The notes under the pieces are model-generated. The model saw only the letters and a program-made list of their open reading frames with translations. It was not told where the DNA came from and made no database searches. Shown here one piece after another: positions 56,175 through 64,000 of a DNA stretch of 64,000 bases. Numbering within the stretch: the stretch's first letter is position 1; the number at the start of each line of letters is the position of its first letter. The translations under genes were made by a program, and so were the position numbers. Source of the DNA: Planctomycetota bacterium (GTDB taxonomy: Bacteria > Planctomycetota > GCA-002687715 > CAIWVZ01); assembly GCA_044222185.1 (NCBI GenBank), contig JBGANV010000004.1, forward strand, positions 192,001 to 256,000, written 5' to 3'.

Positions 56175-58007
56175 CTACTTGCCCTGGCGTTGCTTCAGCA
56201 GTCGCTCGAACTCCTGCTGCGCCTTGAGGCCGCCATCCATCGGGGGCGCCGAGAGTCCGAGGTTGCGGTCGTGTTCCACCGTGTACGTGTAGTTGAGGAA
56301 GAACGCCTTCTCGCCGTTGGCAGCGGCCGGCACCGACAGATCCCAGCGGAGGATGCCCATGGGACGCCCGAGCCGCAGGTAGCTCGGATCCTCGCTGAGC
56401 TTGGCGTTCATCTCGCCCAACGTGACGCTGAGGCTTTCGGTGCGGTCGGCATGCGGCAGCCGGTCATGCAGCCGGACGGTCACTGGCGTGGACTTGTAGT
56501 TCTCGATCACGAGCCGGTACTTCAATGTCGACATCTTGTTGCCGCCCTGGATCTTCTCCGACTTGTCCACCTGCTCGCGCCGCGTGCGGACTTGCGGATC
56601 GACGCCGAAGCCCACCACGAACGTCTGGCCGTGAGCGACCGAGTCGATCTCGCCGCGACCCACGAAGCTCCCATCCAGGTAGACGCTCATGGGGCCGCCG
56701 AGGAGGTCGAGCGGGCTCGAGTTGACGAGCTCGGCCTCGCGGTAGACGAACCCGGTGAGCACGGGGCTCGCCACGAAGTACGCCGTGCTCTTCAGCTTCA
56801 CAGCCGTGATCCGGACGAGCTGCTGTTCGTCGCGGCTGGCGAGGCTGACCCGCGTCTCCAGCGGATACGTGAGGCTCGGCCCCTCGACCGTCGCCGTCGC
56901 CTCGTCGTTGAGCGATTGGAGGATCTCGCGGCGTTCGAGCAACTCCATCGCCTGACCGGCGTTGGCGACCGCGTTCATCTCGAAGCTCGTGCTGAGGTTG
57001 TCGCTCGGGTTGAGCGCGGCGCGATTGGCGGCGACGGCCACCTGGCGACGGCTGCGGAGGTCGTTGAACTGGCCGACGACCGATCCCGGATCGGTCTTGG
57101 CGGCGGCCTGCGCCTCCGTCTGCAACGCGGGCCGCAGACTCACGGCGAAGGGTGCCATGGCTGGCGCGGCTGCGTTCAATCCAGGCGATGCGGTCGACAG
57201 CGTCAGCTCCACTCCCGCCCAGTCCTCGCCACTCATCTGGTGGATGAGAGCGTTGCACTCCACGTCGACCGAGGTCATGTCACCGCCCGTGCGGAAGTTG
57301 TAGGTCGGCGCCCAGCCGCAGCCGTTCACGAGGTAGCTGACTCGCAGAGGGGTTGGTTCGGCGCGTCGCTTTTCGACGAAGAGGACGCCTTCGCGAACGG
57401 TCTTCGTCGTGCCTTGGGCAAGCTCGGCGCGCTGGCGCGTGAGGAGGTTCGACTGCGCTTCGAGGTCCCGGGATTCCTTCGCGAGCGTCAGGCTCTCCTC
57501 GGTCGCCTTCTTGCGCTGATCGAAGTTGAAGAGAACGAGCCGTTCGAGTGCCTCGGGGTTGAGGATGCCCTTCGACATCTCGGCCGTGGCTGCCGGCGCG
57601 ACGAAGTTCTCGAGCTTCTCCAATGACGCGAGCCGTCGCTGCACCAGCTCCTGGCCCTTGGCGACTGCCGCTATCTTCTCCGCGAGGAGCTGCAGCTTGG
57701 CGTCGATCTCGCGGACGGCCTCCCGGGGCTCTTCGCTCACGGCGCTCGACCGGAACCGCACGGCCCGGACCTCGAGGCCGTCGACGGACTCGGCGAACAG
57801 GCTGCTGGGTACGACCTGGTCGGGGAGGCCCGACACGACCACTTCGCGGGCGCCGGCGGGGCCGTCGATCGTGAGCGTCCGCGTGACGAGTGCCTGCCCG
57901 CCGCGGAACAGTGTGACGCTGTCGACCTTTCCGGGCACTGCGGGTCCCTGGGAAAACGCTACCGCCGCGAGCGCGACGTGAATCAGAACGATGCGCGAGT
58001 ACGCCAT
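56175..58007 (-). CDS. DUF4140/DUF4139 (mucoidy inhibitor MuiA-like) protein
   Basis: VDSVTLF...A.VTR, SYLV..GWAPTY, Q.SGEDW..VELTLST and VGFGVD motifs. Confidence 0.88.
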   Translation of the reverse strand: MAYSRIVLIHVALAAVAFSQGPAVPGKVDSVTLFRGGQALVTRTLTIDGPAGAREVVVSGLPDQVVPSSLFAESVDGLEVRAVRFRSSAVSEEPREAVREIDAKLQLLAEKIAAVAKGQELVQRRLASLEKLENFVAPAATAEMSKGILNPEALERLVLFNFDQRKKATEESLTLAKESRDLEAQSNLLTRQRAELAQGTTKTVREGVLFVEKRRAEPTPLRVSYLVNGCGWAPTYNFRTGGDMTSVDVECNALIHQMSGEDWAGVELTLSTASPGLNAAAPAMAPFAVSLRPALQTEAQAAAKTDPGSVVGQFNDLRSRRQVAVAANRAALNPSDNLSTSFEMNAVANAGQAMELLERREILQSLNDEATATVEGPSLTYPLETRVSLASRDEQQLVRITAVKLKSTAYFVASPVLTGFVYREAELVNSSPLDLLGGPMSVYLDGSFVGRGEIDSVAHGQTFVVGFGVDPQVRTRREQVDKSEKIQGGNKMSTLKYRLVIENYKSTPVTVRLHDRLPHADRTESLSVTLGEMNAKLSEDPSYLRLGRPMGILRWDLSVPAAANGEKAFFLNYTYTVEHDRNLGLSAPPMDGGLKAQQEFERLLKQRQGK

Positions 58008-58302
58008 GATGGATCTCCGATGAACTTCCGCCGACGTGATTGGCGACGTGAGGATCCTACGAATCACGTCGAATGACGCGCGTCACGGCCCCGTAACGAG
58101 TGGCGGGGACGAGCGGATTCTGCGGCGTGCATCCGCGGTCCGCGGACTGCACGCGGGCGTCGGCCGACGCCATCGGCCGCACCTCCTCGCGGGCGTTTCG
58201 ATCGTCGGTGAGACCGTCGCAGGCGATGCGCGAATCCCGCTCCGCTGCCCGCGGGAACGATCGAGACAGGCTGCTGGCTCGAGACCCTGACTGGGACGCG
58301 CG

Positions 58303-58635
58303 TCAGACCTCGGGCTGGGTCACTGGAGCCGGCACCGTCGGCCCGCTCGCGCGGCAGATCGCGTCACACAGCTCGTCGCTGCGCCGGCGTTCGAAGGAGC
58401 TGACGACGGCATAGAGCACGACTCCGGCGATCGACAGGAGGATGCCCAGCCCCTTCGCCCGGGCGCTTCCCGCTCCGCCGCCGAGCCGCGCGCCGGCGGC
58501 GAGGCCGATGAGGAACGTCGACGCCAACATCGCCCTCGACCGCGCCACGGACATGACGAACCATCGAGACCTGACGGATTCGGGGATGAGTCGACGGGGG
58601 TCGAAGTGTGTGGCGGGAGGCGGGGGGATGGTCAT
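58303..58635 (-). CDS. Possible small membrane protein
   Basis: Two hydrophobic segments. No family recognised and the start is uncertain. Confidence 0.35.
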   Translation of the reverse strand: MTIPPPPATHFDPRRLIPESVRSRWFVMSVARSRAMLASTFLIGLAAGARLGGGAGSARAKGLGILLSIAGVVLYAVVSSFERRRSDELCDAICRASGPTVPAPVTQPEV

Positions 58636-59123
58636 ACGGAGGACTCGGTCGTTGGTAGGACTGGGCGTCCCAGGCAATCTCAGTCGTCGCGCGACGAAAG
58701 GCCGCGATTCGGGCGACGTCGCCGTGATTTCCGTCATTTCTGTGCCGCCTGCCGGACTGGTCCGGGTCCCGGTTGGCAAACACCTGCGCTTCGGAGGTCA
58801 CCGTGCCCCCGTCAGCGAGATGTCGACGACCGATCCGGGGGCGCGGTTGACGATGCTCTGCGCGCCCGCGGGCGCGCACACTCGGACGGCGATCGTGTTC
58901 ACGAGGTCGCGACACGACACGTCTGACACCGCGACGAACGACGGCTCGTTTCGGGCCGCAGGGAGGTCGGCGGCGACGTCGTCGGTTTCGACTGCGGACC
59001 GACCACGGCCTCACTCGACGAGCCGTAGGCTGCGCGATGGCCGTGACGTCGTGCGACGAGCCACCGGCAGGTCGGAGTCCGCGATCGTCGGAGTGTTCTC
59101 CGCAGACCTGCGGCGGCCCGGTC

Positions 59124-59903
59124 TCAGAAGATCCCTTTGATGACCGCGACGATGGCGAAGATCAGCATGAACAACGCCCAGATCAAAGCCAGCACCGAGG
59201 TGATGAGGGCGCCCAGCGCGTCCGTGATGCTGACGAGGATGATGGGCACGAACCCATGGAGGAACGCCAGGAGCAAGCCAGCGACGACGGTCATCAGGAA
59301 GAGAATCACGAGGCCCTTGTTCTTCAGGAACGTCGGGTGGGCGAAGACCAGCAGCCCGCCGCTGACGAGCTTGAGCGTGAGAGTGAGCCCGAGTGTCGCG
59401 GCGGCACCGCCGCGGTTGAAGAACCCGAACAGCGCGAGATAGGCGATCGTGCCGAACGGGGCCGCGAGGAACAGACCCACCATCAAAAGCAGGAGCTCCA
59501 ATGCCACGAGCAGCATCACGAACGATCCGATGATCGTGACGATCGACACGATGAACGAGAGCACGACCTGGAGCTTGCCCGAGAGCCCCTGCGTGAGGAG
59601 CAGGCTGAGACCCATCAGGATCATCGCGTAGAGGAGAAGTCCGTCCACGAGCGCCAGGTACTTGATGCCGATCCCGGGAGGATCGGCCTTGGCGTTCATG
59701 CGACGCACCTCGTGCTTGAGATCGTCCTTGTCGACGTCGTCGTCATCGCTGACGTTCTGCTCGACCATGGAATCGAGTTGCGCCGTCGTCGCCTGGATCT
59801 TGCCCAGGAGCGAGTCCGCGCCGACGTCGATCAGGACGACGACGAATGCGAGCGCGGCCGCGATCCAGAACAGTGGTTTGCGGAGTCCGTCCATGGGCAT
59901 CAT
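59124..59903 (-). CDS. Multi-pass membrane hypothetical protein
   Basis: About 7 hydrophobic helices with PPGIGI.YLALVDG, APFGTIAY and FLHGFVP..LVSITDA. Its start overlaps the upstream stop (ATGA). Confidence 0.8.
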   Translation of the reverse strand: MMPMDGLRKPLFWIAAALAFVVVLIDVGADSLLGKIQATTAQLDSMVEQNVSDDDDVDKDDLKHEVRRMNAKADPPGIGIKYLALVDGLLLYAMILMGLSLLLTQGLSGKLQVVLSFIVSIVTIIGSFVMLLVALELLLLMVGLFLAAPFGTIAYLALFGFFNRGGAAATLGLTLTLKLVSGGLLVFAHPTFLKNKGLVILFLMTVVAGLLLAFLHGFVPIILVSITDALGALITSVLALIWALFMLIFAIVAVIKGIF

Positions 59904-60268
59904 CGAGCCTGGTGGCGCATCTGTTTCACGAGCAGCCAGGCCCCTGCGAACAGGTGCGAGAACGGACGGATTCTCAGTAGTGGCGCGAGCCAGGACCAGC
60001 CCGGGAGCGCGGCGACGACCGGAGCCACCACGTCGACGCCCCGAAGGATGCGCCCATCCGGCAGCATGAGATGGACGTCACGCGTGGTCGAATCCGCCGG
60101 CAACCCATGTCGCGCGATCAGGTCGGAGGCTTGCGACGCCGGGATCAGGTCGACGCGGCGGCGTGCGTCTCGGCGACGTATCCCGTCGGCGATCGAGCGG
60201 CACAGGGGGCAGGTGTCGTCATAGACCAGGACGAGCCTTTCGGCCGGTTCGGGCGCGGCCTCGTTCAC
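59900..60268 (-). CDS. DCC1-like thiol-disulfide oxidoreductase (DUF393)
   Basis: LVYDDTCPLC motif. GTG start overlaps the upstream stop. Confidence 0.8.
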   Translation of the reverse strand: MNEAAPEPAERLVLVYDDTCPLCRSIADGIRRRDARRRVDLIPASQASDLIARHGLPADSTTRDVHLMLPDGRILRGVDVVAPVVAALPGWSWLAPLLRIRPFSHLFAGAWLLVKQMRHQAR

Positions 60269-61086
60269 GGGCAGTTGCTGTATCCGCTGATGCGGTAGGG
60301 GGCGCACTCCAGCGGGTTGCCGAGGTCACGATCGTGTTTCGCCGCCTTGAAGCAGCCGAAGGAGGTATTGCCGTCGATCGCCGACCCGACGAGGCCCCAA
60401 ATGCCTCCGACGACCCACAGCGGGATCATCCAGTCGTGGAGGTAGATGCACTGGCGCGAATGGAACAACTCGTGCTTGATCAGCTCCTTGAACTCGCCGG
60501 TCCAGATCTGGACGGTCGTTCCGATCGTCGTGGCCGAGGCGGTGCCGGGCGTGCTCCATTCGACGTAGGGAACGCCGGCGAGGAACCCGATCCGCCCGTT
60601 CTTGCCGAACGAGCGGAAGATCCCGACGACGAAGAGCAGCATGCCGACCGCCGTCGTCACGAGCGAGAACGGGACCTTGCACGCCCAGGGAAGTATGGAG
60701 AAGAAGCCTCCGCCGACGCTCATCTCCTTGCCGATCCCGACGGCACCGCGATCGAGGACGCTGGAGAGGAACGTGGCGGCGATCATCCACATCGACCCGG
60801 TGAGGAAGAGCGCCTCTCGCGTGCCGAGCGCCTGGACCTTGGCGCAGTACAGGATGCCCGGAACGCCCTGTGAGAACACCAGGAAGAAGTGCGCGGCGGC
60901 TCCCGCGTTCTTCGCCGTGCCCACGTAGAAGCAGCTCCCGATGATGACACCGCCGATGAAGTCGATGATGAGCTCGCTCCAGCTGAACGCAGCCGCGATC
61001 GCCATGTTCAAGAGGGCAGCGATGATCGTGACCAGGGGGAAGAAGACGAACGCGCACAGGAAGTAGTTGTCGATGGAATGGCCCAT
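60265..61086 (-). CDS. Hydrophobic protein with C-terminal HExxH zincin-like motif
   Basis: HELFHSRQ...GNPLE..PY after several hydrophobic helices. Confidence 0.7.
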   Translation of the reverse strand: MGHSIDNYFLCAFVFFPLVTIIAALLNMAIAAAFSWSELIIDFIGGVIIGSCFYVGTAKNAGAAAHFFLVFSQGVPGILYCAKVQALGTREALFLTGSMWMIAATFLSSVLDRGAVGIGKEMSVGGGFFSILPWACKVPFSLVTTAVGMLLFVVGIFRSFGKNGRIGFLAGVPYVEWSTPGTASATTIGTTVQIWTGEFKELIKHELFHSRQCIYLHDWMIPLWVVGGIWGLVGSAIDGNTSFGCFKAAKHDRDLGNPLECAPYRISGYSNCP

Positions 61087-61117
61087 GATCGTGTTCCTTC
61101 AGGGACGGGTCGTGCGC

Positions 61118-62272
61118 TCAGAGCGCACCGAATCGCCACGCGCCGAGGAGAATGAAGCAAGCGAGCCCCAACAAGAGCCAGATGATGCAGAGGATCCACC
61201 CGGCGACGTCTTCGAACACGAGGGGGTCACTCGTGTGACGGTCGCCCGCGAACGAGTAAGCGATCACTTCCCAGGGGTTGTTGTAGTAGCTCATGGCCGT
61301 GATGGCCTCGCCGACGCCGATGCCCTTGATGGGCGACATGATGAGCGCGACGGGAATCCAGACGATGAACCACGCGAAGTGCGTGAGCGGGTAGAACGGG
61401 CCGGTGATCAGGTGCTGGAGCACGTGCACGCTCTCGTGCTTGCGCAGATCCGCCGAGTCTGCGGACATCACCGCGCCCTCCGAGAACGCGAACGCGTGGC
61501 CCGACGCGTTCGTCTTCAGGCTCAGTCCCTTCTCGTAGCAGACGTAGAAGCGGCGGAGCGCGCCCGTGTCGACCTTGCCGTGCCCGGCATAGAAGTTCCA
61601 CGAGGCGACGTGCGTCATGAGCCCGAGCAGATTGCCGATGGCTCCCCAGCCGCCGTTCGCGTGGGCGAGGAGCCAGCCGACCCACGCGGTGCTCCCGCGG
61701 AGGATCGCCGAGATGATCGCAGTGAGGCCTCCTGAGATCGCCAGCGCGACGCTCGTCGCTTCGACGTACGTGAGGTACTGCGACCAGGCGCGCCCCTTGG
61801 CTGGGATCTGGAAGGCGTAGACCCCTGCGACGACGAGCCCCGCCGCGATCGCGATGAACTCGAAGAAGCCGAGCACCTTCCAGCCGGCGTCGCCCGTGCC
61901 GCGAACCGCCGCGATGATCGCCATGAGCACTGCGATCGCCGCGAACACGAAGAAACCGGCGCCGACGACCGGCGGCGGCACGATCACGGCGAGGAGGATG
62001 CCGGCCACGCCGCCCGAGTACGCGCCGATGGCTCCGTAGAGGAGTCCCTCGATCGTGTTCCCGGCGACAGCGCCGGCGTCCTCGCCCTTGACGAGGCGGT
62101 GGATCAAGACCCATGCGAGGCCGAGCCCCGCGACGATGCCGATGATGATCCAGGCCTGCCCCCGGGGTTCGAATGCCGCGGACAGGTTGACCCCGAGCTG
62201 GCGCAGCTTCGCCAGGTCGAACGTGCGGATCTCGGCCTCGGGCCGCGCACACAGCGCTTTCAGCAGATCCAT
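61118..62272 (-). CDS. Hydrophobic, glycine-zipper-like protein with C-terminal HExxH zincin-like motif
   Basis: HESVHVLQ...YYNNPWEVIAY. Gly-rich helices such as GLLYGAIGAYSGGVAG. Confidence 0.72.
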   Translation of the reverse strand: MDLLKALCARPEAEIRTFDLAKLRQLGVNLSAAFEPRGQAWIIIGIVAGLGLAWVLIHRLVKGEDAGAVAGNTIEGLLYGAIGAYSGGVAGILLAVIVPPPVVGAGFFVFAAIAVLMAIIAAVRGTGDAGWKVLGFFEFIAIAAGLVVAGVYAFQIPAKGRAWSQYLTYVEATSVALAISGGLTAIISAILRGSTAWVGWLLAHANGGWGAIGNLLGLMTHVASWNFYAGHGKVDTGALRRFYVCYEKGLSLKTNASGHAFAFSEGAVMSADSADLRKHESVHVLQHLITGPFYPLTHFAWFIVWIPVALIMSPIKGIGVGEAITAMSYYNNPWEVIAYSFAGDRHTSDPLVFEDVAGWILCIIWLLLGLACFILLGAWRFGAL

Positions 62273-62454
62273 CGCTCGAATCTCATCCCTTCGGTGCCGG
62301 GCGACTCCGGTCTCTTCTCAGACTTCATTCCGGGAAGCGTCACGCTCCCTCGCGGAATGACAGGCCGTGACGTGGCGGCTGGTATTCGCGCTCAGGGAAC
62401 TACCGATCGGTGAGGTATGCTCCCGGCCGTCCAGTGGGACGAGGGGCGACATTC

Positions 62455-63186
62455 GTGACGAATCGATGGACGGGAAGACAGCTCGGGGTGCTCCGATTCC
62501 TGCTCGGGGCATTTGCGGCGATCGTCGGGATTCTGGCGGCGTTCGGCGTCGGAGTGGGCGAGAGCGGCGCCGTGCAGGGCCTCACGATCCTCGGAGCCGT
62601 GGGGCTGATCGTTTCGGTCGCGCCGATCCGCCTGATCGCACCCGCCCGCCCGTGGGCGTGGATCGCGACGCTCATCATCGCGTGGACGCTTGCCGCCACA
62701 GGATGCGGATTCCGTGCCGGGTTCGTCGCGATGTTCGTCGTCCTCCTTGCCTTCGATCCGGCGTGGGTGCCGCCTCGCGGCAGCGGCGTCGACGGAATCT
62801 TCTACGACGGCGCGTGTGGGCTGTGCCACCGCTTCGTCGCGCTCGTGATCGCCGAGGACCGGGATGCCGTGTTCTGGTTCGCACCGCTCGGGGGAACCAC
62901 CTTCGAGTCCATGGTGCCGGCCCATAGCCGGGTGACGCTGCCCGACAGCCTCGTGATCAGTACGGCCGACGGGCGTCTCCTGACGACCGCCGCGGCGGCC
63001 CGCCATGCTCTCGTGCGTCTCGGCGGCGTGTGGCGCGTGATCGGGGAAGTGCTCGGCGTCCTACCGCACGGCCTCTGCGAATGGGGCTATCGGCGCGTGG
63101 CGTCCGTGAGGCGGCGCCTGTTCGCCAGGCCCGAAAGCGCGTGCCCCGTTCTGCCCGCCCACCTGCGCGAGCGGTTTCGTCCATAG
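62455..63186 (+). CDS. Membrane-bound DCC1-like thiol-disulfide oxidoreductase (DUF393)
   Basis: N-terminal TMs, then FYDGACGLCH and Y..VA..R..LF...CP. Confidence 0.82.
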   Translation: MTNRWTGRQLGVLRFLLGAFAAIVGILAAFGVGVGESGAVQGLTILGAVGLIVSVAPIRLIAPARPWAWIATLIIAWTLAATGCGFRAGFVAMFVVLLAFDPAWVPPRGSGVDGIFYDGACGLCHRFVALVIAEDRDAVFWFAPLGGTTFESMVPAHSRVTLPDSLVISTADGRLLTTAAAARHALVRLGGVWRVIGEVLGVLPHGLCEWGYRRVASVRRRLFARPESACPVLPAHLRERFRP

Positions 63187-63237
63187 GTCGGCGCTCCGAC
63201 CTCGCGGGCGGCGCGGTACGGCGTTGCCGCCGCCCGC
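63185..63237. terminator. Tandem GC-rich hairpins between convergent genes
   Basis: AGGTCGG-CGCT-CCGACCT (63185-63202) and GCGGGCGGCG/CGCCGCCCGC (63204-63213/63228-63237). No U-tract. Confidence 0.35.
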
Positions 63238-63256
63238 TCCGCCGTGCGGGGACGCC

Positions 63257-64000
63257 TCAGCCTGCTCCCGCGCTCGCCGTCGCGTCGATGGTGAAAGGCT
63301 TCTGGGCTTCGAACGCCGCGTTGCGGGTTCCGGCCGTGAAGAACTTGGGTGTCTGGTCGCGAGGCATCCGGTTCGCGATCAGATCGCGGAAGTGCTCGTA
63401 GCCGCCCTTGTACCGACCCGCGTTCCACACGGCCTTCAGCTTCTCGGTGAACAAGCCGTTGCGGTCGCCGTCTCGTGACTCCTGGTTGTCCTGGCACCCG
63501 GAGATCAGGATCACCGATGCCTTCACCGTCACGGTCTCGGCCGGCGGGGTGTCCTTCTGGATCTGCGCGTAGAGCTTCTTGTTCGCCTTCTCGACGCGCT
63601 CGGCGATCGTGCGCGGCATCCCACGATGACGGGGCCCGCCTTCGAGGAACTCCGGGATCGCGCGCACGACGGATCCGCTGTGGCAGCTATCCGAGAGCGC
63701 GAACACGCGCACACCCGGCTTGAACTTTCCGAACAGGGTGTAGATCTCGTCGTCGATCAGCTCGCGGTCGTAGAGGCACCAGGTCTCATCGCGGCGATCG
63801 GGCTCATCGAAGTTCGTGTCGCGCACTTGCCCGCCGTGGCCGGAATAGGTGATGAAGAAGATGTCGCCCTTCTTCAGCGCCTTCGTCGCGCTCGTGATTG
63901 CGGCGATGACGTTCGCGGACGTGGCCGCCTTCGTCAGCAGCTGCGTCGTCGCGAAGCCGCCCTTCTTGGCCAACGCCTGCATGTCGTGCGCGTCGAACTC
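63257..64000 (-). CDS. Caspase-family protease (metacaspase, peptidase C14), 5'-truncated
   Basis: YSGHGGQ and SDSCHSG (His/Cys dyad), plus SGCQDNQ.S.DG..NGLFT. The frame is open to the window end. Confidence 0.92.
   Translation of the reverse strand, partial: EFDAHDMQALAKKGGFATTQLLTKAATSANVIAAITSATKALKKGDIFFITYSGHGGQVRDTNFDEPDRRDETWCLYDRELIDDEIYTLFGKFKPGVRVFALSDSCHSGSVVRAIPEFLEGGPRHRGMPRTIAERVEKANKKLYAQIQKDTPPAETVTVKASVILISGCQDNQESRDGDRNGLFTEKLKAVWNAGRYKGGYEHFRDLIANRMPRDQTPKFFTAGTRNAAFEAQKPFTIDATASAGAG

Noticed and set aside
58640-59120. Additional gene or RNA in this gap
   Set aside because: No convincing start, motif or conserved structure could be supported by eye.

Overview
This is a gene-dense, high-GC bacterial window. 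The host is probably an uncultured Planctomycetota-like organism, inferred from the gene repertoire rather than from a marker gene. It contains: (1) a selenoprotein missed by the ORF track (1945-2487, UxxC peroxiredoxin-like, in-frame TGA followed by a SECIS-like hairpin); (2) a surface-glycosylation-type region (YfhO/GT-C-like proteins, GT2, kinase, B12 radical SAM); (3) a large membrane-anchored ECF sigma factor; (4) a complete quinohemoprotein amine dehydrogenase (qhp) cluster, with an upstream ABC exporter and an extra methyltransferase; (5) a roughly 235-nt nested-palindrome repeat in three copies; (6) an orphan DNA methyltransferase; (7) a compact contractile injection system (CIS) operon at 43780-55678. 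The CIS operon has no visible AAA+ ATPase or tail-fibre gene, its baseplate is fused to a beta-propeller, and it ends in a membrane-anchored five-PASTA protein. A convergent block of hydrophobic HExxH proteins and a metacaspase lies downstream. Five otherwise unrelated secreted proteins appear to share a C-terminal domain that may be an undescribed sorting signal. No rRNA, tRNA, CRISPR array or transposase was recognised. All calls come from reading motifs by eye; no database searches or folding programs were run.
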